DNA of 32,000 nucleotides from assembly GCF_003351905.1 (NCBI RefSeq), contig NZ_CP022339.1:210001-242000 (forward strand), written 5' to 3'. A program made the translations under genes and the position numbers. This document shows positions 1 through 8,300 of this stretch, piece after piece; positions within the stretch are counted from its first letter, which is position 1, and each line of letters starts with the position of its first letter. The stretch comes from Candidatus Saccharimonadota bacterium. GTDB taxonomy: Bacteria; Bacteroidota; Bacteroidia; Cytophagales; Amoebophilaceae. Below the pieces are notes generated by a model, which made no database searches, was not told the DNA's origin, and saw only the letters and a program-made list of their open reading frames with translations.

Positions 1-147
1 GCTAATGGATTAGCTATGATAGCTGCCCATTATTTACTACCTCAACCACCTGGTAAAGGATGGATTGGAGTAGGCCAGCAATATAAAAGAATGAAACAAT
101 TGATACGAATTTTTAAAAAACATAAAAAAAGTATAGATCTAGAGTAG
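1..147 (+). CDS. 3' end of a sodium:solute symporter family gene (5' part lies outside the window)
   Basis: Frame 1 is open from base 1 to TAG at 145-147 and reads ANGLAMIAAHYLLPQPPGKGWIGVGQQYKRMKQL... This aligns by eye with ...ANGLAMMAAHYFLKQPKGTGWVKP... at the end of the transporter domain of the 1197-aa protein at 5366..8959. This paralogue stops where the long protein continues. Confidence 0.6.
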   Translation, partial: ANGLAMIAAHYLLPQPPGKGWIGVGQQYKRMKQLIRIFKKHKKSIDLE

Positions 148-150
148 GAC

Positions 151-259
151 TTTCTTAGGGTCTCTCTTTTTAAGTGTCATACGTTTATGTTATAGGATTA
201 TCTTAATTAAAGATCTGGGGGGCGGAACGTGTAAAACGGTATCTAATACCAGCACTTGA
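151..259 (+). repeat. Copy A of a ~110-nt repeat also present upstream of the IS110-family transposase gene (copy B, 24142..24270); the distal ~42 nt are in opposite orientation in the two copies
   Basis: 151-218 aligns with 24142-24209 (TTTCYT.GG.TCT.TC....TAAGTGTCRTACGTTT..GATTATCTTA.TTAAAGAKCTGG). 217-259 (GGGGCGGAACGTGTAAAACGGTATCTAATACCAGCACTTGA) is the reverse complement of 24221-24262. Confidence 0.65.
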
Positions 260-261
260 AT

Positions 262-490
262 AAAAAGTTATAATTTAAAATAATTACTAACTAAATTTTT
301 TAGACATCGAAGAAACAATGAATAATGGATATGTTAGCTTAGTAGATTACAAAGTTTTTGATGAATACATTTTATCCTCCATCCGTTTAGGTAAACCTTT
401 GACAGGAAAAAATGGTACTTTGATCCCTCTGATAAAGAGGCTTTGATAGGCAAGTTTAGAAGGTGAAATAGTGCATCATTTATCTTGTAG
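262..490 (+). pseudogene. IS256-family transposase gene, 5' fragment only, with in-frame stops
   Basis: Nucleotide-level similarity to 13150-13385 of the intact element (AAAAGTTATAA.TTAAATAATTA...TTTTTAGACAT; MNNGYVSLVDYKVFDEYILSSIRLGKPLTGKNGTLIPLIKRL*). Stops follow after about 40 codons. The IRL of the intact copy is absent. Confidence 0.7.
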
Positions 491-523
491 TAGTTAAGAT
501 TTACTCTGACAGGCAGTAAAAAT

Positions 524-778
524 TTAGTGCCTAAAGTTGTCAGTTAAGTTTAATGTGTCAGTCATGCTTTTAAGATAGGCGATTTTATTATTTTTTTCAA
601 AGATTAATTTTTTACTATCCTGCCAAGTTTGTCTAGGTGTTTTTCCGTAACAATACTTTCCAGAATGTGGTCGCTCTTGATTGTAATAATCTAACCAGGT
701 ATCTAAGTCCTGTTGCAAGTCATGGAGATCTATATAGATTTTTTTACGCATAGCTATATCAAAGAATTCTTGTTTCAT
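524..778 (-). pseudogene. C-terminal fragment of an rve integrase-core transposase (IS481/IS3-type)
   Basis: The 84-aa ORF reads ...EFFDIAMRKKIYIDLHDLQQDLDTWLDYYNQERPHSGKYCYGKTPRQTW, the typical end of the DDE integrase core (YN.ERPH..L.G.TP). A TAG lies two codons upstream of its Met and only decayed similarity (..LPILGKISIA*V) continues above it, so the catalytic core is missing. Confidence 0.6.
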
Positions 779-934
779 AACCTATGCTATAGAAATTTTA
801 CCAAGAATCGGTAAATATTCCACTCACCAATAAGTTGACTGAAAGACAAATTAGAAACTAGGTGGTATATCGGAAAAATTCCTACTTTACTCAATCGGAA
901 CGATGGAATAGGTTTTTAGAACGTACTATTTATT

Positions 935-1234
935 TGTATCTAAACTTATTTCGCTGTATGGCGAAAAGCTGAAACCTAAACCTTACAAAATGCCTTCAGA
1001 AATTATACAGGCTTTAAATCAACAAAAAACACTCCTTTCTCAGCTCAAAAAACAACTTACGATGTCTTAATAATTTGCTAGCGTCTTTTAGTATGTTGCC
1101 TAAGTCAGATGATGCATCCTTAACCATGCTCAAGGAAACTATAGCTTATCAAGAAAAGAAAATAGCTCTATTATAAAAATAGATACTTTCTATTACGCAG
1201 GCACACTATAAGGAACTCTATGAACGCATTAGCT
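935..1234 (+). pseudogene. Decayed internal fragment of an IS110-family-like transposase gene
   Basis: One frame reads SKLISLYGEKLKPKPYKMPSEIIQALNQQKTLLSQLKKQLTMS*. This resembles the linker region of IS110 transposases (compare FKLARYGQERGLKAN...RREELVATLSNEKKRL at 26658 onward). Multiple stops and frame changes follow. Confidence 0.35.
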
Positions 1235-1700
1235 CTACTGGCTTATCTCCTTCTCAGATTCAGGATCTTGTGTAGGCTTTAGTTTAATAGGGCTATCTTC
1301 TTCCATACATGCCATATGTTTCGGTTCAAACACTCCGGTGTTAAACAGGTCTTTATTGACCCAAGATACGTCTACCTCTTTCGTTTTTGTTAATAACTCT
1401 TTAGCGCACAATTCCGCTAGTCTATCAGACCGATCAGGCATATTGATATATCTCATAGATCTATTAAATTCTTCTATATTAAATAGAAATTTTTCTTCTG
1501 TAAAGGACTGATAATTTGTTACAAATTTTACAACATTAAAATCCATCCAAACATGCTTTTTAGCAATTTGTTTCTTTAATACCAATCCTTCTAAACTTGT
1601 ACATGCTAAAGGCAACATAGATTTGACCGTGTGCAAATGTCCCTTTTCCTATATCTAAGATTACTTTCTCAAAGGTTTTGCCTTGACTTTTTTGGTATGT
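1235..1700 (-). pseudogene. Chimeric remnant: C-terminal piece of a PIF1-like helicase gene fused to a paralogue of the 10579..10968 ORF
   Basis: About 1500-1700 is near-identical at nucleotide level to about 3850-4020 of the helicase gene (...KSQGKTFEKVILDIG.GTFAH..TSLEGLVLKK.IAKKHVWMDFNVVKF). 1235-1500 encodes FTEEKFLFNIEEFNRSMRYINMPDRSDRLAELCAKELL...WVNKDLFNTGVFEPKHMAC, paralogous to aa 52-120 of 10579..10968. Confidence 0.7.
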
Positions 1701-2074
1701 CTTAAAATTTAAAATCTAGCACTAAATATTTAGTGATCAATATACCCTACTTTGTTATATAATTAATATTATGTATACAACAAATTTTTAGACTCTTGAA
1801 TTGATTTATCTATAAAATAATCTCATTAGGTGAACAAATGCTTTGTGCTTATTATCCACCTGCAGTTTACAATTTTAAAATTAATTATTAATAACTAAAA
1901 TTAAAAATTATCGTCTTGATATTTAATAGAGCCCGATTTTATTCATTAGTTCCTTCTATTTCTGCATCATACACAAATAAATTTGGATAACTTCACAACT
2001 ACCTTTCAATCAAATAAAAAATTTTATTACACAAACAATTTATATTACCCATATATATCTCATATAGTCTCAAA

Positions 2075-2106
2075 TGTAATCAGATTATTGCCTTAATCTG
2101 ATTACA
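2075..2106. repeat. Perfect hairpin, 13-bp arms TGTAATCAGATTA / TAATCTGATTACA with a 6-nt loop
   Basis: Read directly: tgtaatcagatta ttgcct taatctgattaca. Shares its core with the palindrome at 2316..2349. Confidence 0.85.
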
Positions 2107-2315
2107 TAAAAATATTTTTAAATTGATTATGAATATTTAATGAATTTTGTAAGCAGAAGCAGCTAGATTAACTATATAACTTCAATAAATTAGGTTTTAA
2201 TAAAAGGTAAAGGTAAATGTAACTATTATACTCAATTTATTTGACTACATTATTTTATATCAGAAATGTATTTATATTATATAACACACTATCAGCCTCT
2301 TTTATAGATTTATTT

Positions 2316-2349
2316 ATGTAGTCAGATTAAAATTTTAATCTGACTACAT
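2316..2349. repeat. Perfect 34-bp palindrome ATGTAGTCAGATTAAAA/TTTTAATCTGACTACAT
   Basis: Read directly. The core TAATCTGAYTACA is the same as in the hairpin at 2075..2106. Confidence 0.85.
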
Positions 2350-2456
2350 CTGCTTACAATGATGAACTATTGATCGACTCTAGTTTATAACGTAAGTCTA
2401 CTGTAATAGACTTTTAAGATTTTGCATAAAAATATTTCCTGGTGCGATATGTGAGA

Positions 2457-3497
2457 TCAATCATCTTCTATGTCATCTAAATCCTTAGCAAGTTCTGCTT
2501 CCAGTTCCTCAATGGTTGGAAGCACTGTTTGTAATTTTTTAGGCAAGCTTTTAGTAAGCCTGTATGTTGAGAGGCCTATAGGTTTATTGATATCACGTAA
2601 GGTGTATTCTGCTAAAACACCGACCTTGGATCGGCATAAAATTAACCCAATAGAAGGATTATCGCTTGAGTGGCGTAATAAGTCATCCACAGCAGAAAGA
2701 TAAAAATTCATCTTCCCTATATATTCAGGCTTAAAATCCCCAGATTTTAACTCTATAACTATAAAGGATCGAAGCTTGATATGGTAAAATAACAGGTCTA
2801 TATAAAAATCTTGTTCTTCAACTTGAATATGATATTGACGACCTAAGAAAGCAAATCCTTCACCTAATTCAAGTAGAAATTTTTCAATGTGAGCAACTAA
2901 TCCTTTTTCTAATGCTCTTTCATGGGCTTCATCTCCAAGACTTAGAAAATCGAATAAATAAGGATTCTTTAGGGTAGCTTGGGCTAAGGCGGCGTGTGGG
3001 GGAGGTAATTGTTTATCAAAATTGGTGATGGCACCTGACTGACGTTTATATAAATTGGTTTCTATGTGCATAGACAAACTATTTCTTGACCAGCCATTTT
3101 TAATGGTACATTCTATGTAAAACCTTTGTTGAATTTTATCAAGCCCAGAATAGATTAGGACTACAATATGGCCCCATGGTATTTGGTCAACAGCTTGTTG
3201 ACCAATTTCATCTTGATCATATGCTTGAGCAAACTTTCGCATATACTTGAGGTTTTGTGGGCTGAATCCTTTCATCTCTGGAAAAGCAGCTCTTAAATCC
3301 TTTGACAACTCAGCAATAACACCAGTGCCCCATCGTTCTTGCATTTGCGTATGCAGGATACGACTGCCTATATGATGATATAGGGAAACAAGTGCTTTAT
3401 TAACATGCAGAGAGGCTTTATATTTAGCACTGGCTACACTGGTTTTTAAATCATTTAATAATTGATGGTAAGCTTGGTTAATGATACTTTTGTTCAT
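2457..3497 (-). CDS. YhcG-like PD-(D/E)XK nuclease domain protein (DUF1016 family)
   Basis: 346-aa ORF with family-typical strings: IPWGHIVVLI...RFYIECTIKNGWSRNSLSMHIETNLYKR and GFAFLGRQYHIQVEEQDFYIDLLFYHIKLRSFIVIELKSGDFKPEYIGKMNFYLSAVDDLLRH..DNPSIGLILC. Confidence 0.85.
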   Translation of the reverse strand: MNKSIINQAYHQLLNDLKTSVASAKYKASLHVNKALVSLYHHIGSRILHTQMQERWGTGVIAELSKDLRAAFPEMKGFSPQNLKYMRKFAQAYDQDEIGQQAVDQIPWGHIVVLIYSGLDKIQQRFYIECTIKNGWSRNSLSMHIETNLYKRQSGAITNFDKQLPPPHAALAQATLKNPYLFDFLSLGDEAHERALEKGLVAHIEKFLLELGEGFAFLGRQYHIQVEEQDFYIDLLFYHIKLRSFIVIELKSGDFKPEYIGKMNFYLSAVDDLLRHSSDNPSIGLILCRSKVGVLAEYTLRDINKPIGLSTYRLTKSLPKKLQTVLPTIEELEAELAKDLDDIEDD

Positions 3498-3582
3498 ATA
3501 ATGAAGGGATCAGATAATAAAAAGGTACGACAGATACAAAATTTTGACTTCGACCACTAGTGGTGCTTATGCACGTTACCCT

Positions 3583-5130
3583 TTACGGGCTAATCTCCAA
3601 TATTCTATCTACCCTAAATACTCTATATTCTTGCCGTTTTAAGCAAAAAGCCTTTACACCAATATAAGGTTTATTCAAATATTCCATTTCTCCTACAGCA
3701 ATAGGTGTAATGGATCTTTTCGATTTTTCATCTTTTGCTTTTAAATAAGTAATATGGATAGTAGCTTTATGTTGAATAGCTTTTTCTATTATGCTAATTT
3801 TATCCTCTAAAGTACATAAAAGATCATATTTTTTATACTGATAATCTGTTATAAATTTTACAACATTAAAATCCATCCAAACATGTTTTTTAGCAATTGG
3901 TTTCTTTAGTACTAAGCCTTCTAAACTGGTGCATCTGCTAAGGGCAACATAGATTTGACCGTGTGCAAATGTCCCGTTTCCTATATCTAGGATTACTTTT
4001 TCAAAGGTTTTACCTTGGCTTTTATGGATGGTAATAGCCCATGCCAGCATGACTGGATATTGCGTAAAAGTACCCGTAATAGTTGATTTTAATGCACTGC
4101 CCTCTAAGTAAAATTTATAAGATTCCCAAGTATAAGGAGTAATACTGACCTTCTTTCCCGTTTCAAGCAAAATGACCAATTTAGGAGTAGCATGATCTGT
4201 ATCAATATCTATGATTTTGCCAATAGTGCCATTAATAAATTTGCCATTAGGCTCATTATTAAGCATCATTACTTGCGCCCCAACTTTTAACTTTAATGCA
4301 ACAAGTGTAGGTAGTTGTTCTTTTGCAAACGCTCCTTCTAATATACCAGTAAAGGTAAACTCTTTCTGCTTGATACCTTTTAATTTTTGAGCGTTAATAG
4401 CTTGGGCATTTGCATTAGTAGTGGTTAAATAGATATAAAAGTCATCTAAAGAAGGCTCAAAGCCAGCATCATATCGCTCATTAATGATTGCTATTTCACG
4501 GTCCGTTATAGAATTATTGCGAATATTGTTTAACAGCTCGATAAATTTTGTATCACTTTGTCGGTATATTTTATCAAGTTCTATTAATTCAAGGTCCAGT
4601 GATTTGAAACAATGTGCGCTAAAGAAATAGGGGGTAGGATAGTGTGATTGAAAGATTGATTTTTCTTGACTTTGTACCACTGGTGGCAATTGATATAAAT
4701 CACCGATACATATTATTTGTATTCCTCCAAATGGCTCACTTTCCTGTCTACCATTAAGGCGGAGAAAGCCATCTATACAATCAAGTAAGTCAGCCCTAAC
4801 CATTGAAATTTCATCAATGATGATGGCATCTATATTTTTATATATATTCTCTTTTTTCTTACTTTTTTTAGTCGTTTGGATGGCTTCAAGGGTTACATCA
4901 GGTTTAAACCTAAAAAATGAATGAATTGTCTGCCCTTTAATATTTACTGCAGCAGTACCTGTAGGCGCAAGCACTGCTATTTTCTTTTGGGTATTTTCTC
5001 TAAAATGCTTTAATAAAGTTGATTTCCCTGTTCCTGCTTTACCAGTAATAAAAATATTTTTTGCACTTGATTCCATAAGATCAAGTGCTTTAATAAACTG
5101 CTCATTTAGTTCTATATTGGTCTGAGTCAT
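3583..5130 (-). CDS. PIF1/RecD-like superfamily 1 helicase with C-terminal WYL-like domain
   Basis: 515-aa ORF with Walker A ITGKAGTGKSTLL, Walker B IIIDEISMV, GDLYQLPPV and TIHKSQGKTF. The C-terminal 70 aa (ATIHITYLKAKDEKSKRSITPIAVGEMEYLNKPYIGVKAFCLKRQEYRVFRVDRILEI) match the WYL-domain pattern. Confidence 0.85.
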   Translation of the reverse strand: MTQTNIELNEQFIKALDLMESSAKNIFITGKAGTGKSTLLKHFRENTQKKIAVLAPTGTAAVNIKGQTIHSFFRFKPDVTLEAIQTTKKSKKKENIYKNIDAIIIDEISMVRADLLDCIDGFLRLNGRQESEPFGGIQIICIGDLYQLPPVVQSQEKSIFQSHYPTPYFFSAHCFKSLDLELIELDKIYRQSDTKFIELLNNIRNNSITDREIAIINERYDAGFEPSLDDFYIYLTTTNANAQAINAQKLKGIKQKEFTFTGILEGAFAKEQLPTLVALKLKVGAQVMMLNNEPNGKFINGTIGKIIDIDTDHATPKLVILLETGKKVSITPYTWESYKFYLEGSALKSTITGTFTQYPVMLAWAITIHKSQGKTFEKVILDIGNGTFAHGQIYVALSRCTSLEGLVLKKPIAKKHVWMDFNVVKFITDYQYKKYDLLCTLEDKISIIEKAIQHKATIHITYLKAKDEKSKRSITPIAVGEMEYLNKPYIGVKAFCLKRQEYRVFRVDRILEISP

Positions 5131-5151
5131 TCAATTAGTTAGTTACTTACT

Positions 5152-5290
5152 TAATAACCTGCGTGGGAGATTAGGGGTTAAAAATTGAGTTTTGAAAAGC
5201 TCCTTTATGTTGTAAACTTGAAGATCAAATTTTTCACTCAACTAGCAAAGAAGAAAACTATGCGTGTAGGAAAGTTAATGGCCTTTTAAA
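5152..5290 (+). mobile_element. Solo left-end remnant of the IS982-like element seen at 20862 onward
   Basis: TAATAACCTGCGTGGGAGATTAGG...AAAAGCTCCTTTATGTTGTAAACTTGAAGATCAAATTTTTCAC aligns with 20862-20990 (ATTAACCTGAGTTCGGGATTAGA...AAAAGCTCCTTTGTGTTTTAAATTTGGAGATCAAATTTTCAAC). Similarity fades shortly after the position of the transposase ATG. Confidence 0.6.
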
Positions 5291-5365
5291 AAATGATGAT
5301 TGCTTATATTGACACTATTGGTCAAAACAAGTGTATAATTTAAGCAAATTTTTAGGGAAAATGTA

Positions 5366-8300
5366 TTAACTATCTTTATCCTTTCTTTTACTATTTTCTT
5401 TATTTTTACAATCCTCTAGCGCTTGTTTAGCGGCTTTTTCTAATAGCTTTCCTATCTCTGGCCCCAAATATTCGTTTGCTAACCTAACATCTATGGCTAA
5501 CGTTTCTTTAGCCATATGCGCTACTTCTTGTAGATGAATATATCCTGCTGCGTGGCGTAGGTCATAGAGTCGTTCAGCTAGTTTAATAAAGAGGACCGAA
5601 AGTTGTACGTGATCTTCCTTGATCGCCTCTTTCAATCGATTCTGCACATAGAGCAAAGAAGGATGATCTAAGTCTTGGCGCTTATCTATGCCTATTACAT
5701 TTAACACAAAGGCATAGACACCTAAATTATAATGTTCTTTAATGTAAGAAATAGGTAAACAAGTATGGCGCACAAGCTCATAGAGCAAAGAAGCATAAAT
5801 CACTTTAGGAGAGTGAAAAACCCATTCTATCACTAATTCAGTAATCCCTACCGCACGCACATAAAACAATTGACCAGAAGCATGCCGTTTAAATCCAAAA
5901 TGCTGCCTTAACAGTAAAAGCAACCCTGAAATGATTTTTATATCAATAGGATCCTCTGCATGAGACGCTTTACAAATATAGTCATGGAACCTCATTAATG
6001 CCATCATAGAATTAGCTTGCTCTTTAGGCGTGGCTAGTCCTTCTGAGGTTAAACAATCTAGAGGCAATTCGACAGTCATATTATCTAGAATATCCGTAAC
6101 ATTGCTAGGAAATACGAGCAACATAGTAGGGTGCTGGCTATCAATAGAAACTTCCAAATAGCCATAATGGGCACGCACTATAGTGGATATGGTGTCTTGC
6201 TCCAGATCTATGGATGGTAGTACCTTTTTCTTGCCTTGAGCTTCTGTAGCATCTATTGTATCATTATAAACCTCCTTTACCTTAAGAAGTGCACCAGAAT
6301 CAATAGTAGCCTGGCTAATTACTAAAGCAGTAGCTTGAAAATCTATAAAGGCAGCATGGCTGCTATCAATAGGATCAGCTCGCTTAAATTGCAAAGAAGT
6401 GGCATACAGTTGTATGCTAATAATAGGTACATTTGGGCCCTCTAGCTTACCAATTCGTAAAATAGACTTAACCAATGAATAGACTACTTGATGGATATCG
6501 CATACCATATCGAGACATGGTTCTCCATTAGGAAGACTTGTAGTTTCTACCAGCAGCTTAGGTGGAGCAGCTACTTCTTGAGATAAAGCAATCTCTACCT
6601 TACGTATCAACTTTTCTAAAGTGATTTTATCAGGTTGTAGTAGTGCATGATCCTTAGCTTTTTCTCTTCTATTAAAATAGATGATCCAGTCATAAAATTT
6701 ATTAATAATACTTTGAAGATCTTCTTTAAAAAGTGGAGTATGGTTGTCTAAAAAAGAGATAGATTCTTCAACTTTACGCACTACTTGGTTTAAAATAAAG
6801 CCATACCCTTTAGGTGGAGCAGCTCCATTGGAGGGAACGAGAGCCACGTCATAGAGGAATGCTTTGAGTTGTTGGGATGCTCTAATTTCTTCTTGATTTT
6901 TTAGGTAGCGCACTTGCTTCATACAATTACCTAGGTTGACTTTCAAACAAATAATAATGGTAAATAGAAACATAATCAATATAAATATAAATGTCGGGAG
7001 TAATGAGCATAATACTGGATAGGGTAATCCATTAGAAGTCGGATAAATAACCACTAATAAAGTGAGTACTAAACCTGCTATGCCTAGATAGAGTGGCAAT
7101 ACCCATAAGATTACGGCGCAATGGGCTAAAGATAATGATGTGGTAAAGATGGAGTTTTCCGCATTCCACGAATGCCAAAATAAATTTAGAGGCAGATAAA
7201 GCGTTAGGCCTATTAGCCAACATAGGCCAATAGACCAAGCTGGAATCAATCTTATCTTTTTCGAGATATCATAAATAAATGGATAACCTAAAAAACAAGT
7301 AGATACAAAGAGTTGAAGTATAAGCCAAGAACCATGATGGGTAATATGCTCTATAAAATAAGCTAGCAAACTAGTGACGGTAGTATAGCATCCTATATAT
7401 ACAATCGTAGTATGGCTGGGTACCAGATTAGCCAATATAACCTTTCTATTTACCCAAACATTTTTAATTGTTTCTCTTCGTTCCGCGCGCTTACGGGCAT
7501 TTTCTTGTTTAATTTGTGTAAATATGCTATCTGGCTTAACCCAACCTGTACCTTTTGGCTGTTTGAGAAAATAATGGGCTGCCATCATGGCTAATCCATT
7601 GGCTAACATACAAGAGAAAGCACCATCTATACCTATCTCTGGATCAAGTGGTTCAACCCATTTGCTCCAAACTAAAATAGCTAGTGTACCTGTAGCCATA
7701 CCAATTAGGGCTGTACGAGAAGTGCCTCGAAAACCAAAAACCGATAATATAAAAGGAGCAGTTACTATGGGTATTGAAAAGTCAATAGCTAGAAACATTA
7801 ATTTCAATAAATCCCTGCACCAAAAAGCTACACACATAGCACACAGGCCAATTACTATAGTAGTCAGCCTAGCTACCCGTATTTGATAGATATAAAGAGT
7901 TTTTTTTACTCCTCGGATACTTCCCACAATATCATGACTAACCATAACGGCACAAGAATTTAAGTACGAATCAGCTGTAGACATAGACATGGCTAGCAAA
8001 CTAATGGAAAAACAACCTTTAAAAGTAGGGGGGATATTGTGCATTATATAGGGCCAAATCTTTTCTTTTGGTAAATCAGGTGTTCCAACAAAAATAAACA
8101 GACCCACTAGAATAATACAACCTTCTATAAGAAGACTAAAAATACTACCATATGAGAAAACTTTTTGGGCCTGAAGTGGGTCTGAAGCCATATATAATCT
8201 CTGGATAGTTGTAGGTTTTATATAATACACTATGCCAGATAAAATCAGCGAAACTATAGCTGCTAGCTTAGTATCAAAATGCAATACAGTGCTAAACTGA

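Noticed and set aside
2470-2703. 77-aa ORF on the plus strand
   Set aside because: It is antisense to the well-supported DUF1016 gene, with a Ser/Leu-rich shadow translation.
3553-3564. 12-bp palindrome ACCACTAGTGGT between the helicase and DUF1016 genes
   Set aside because: It is short enough to occur by chance, is not followed by a T-tract, and has no second copy in the window. It is recorded only as a possible minor operator or terminator element.
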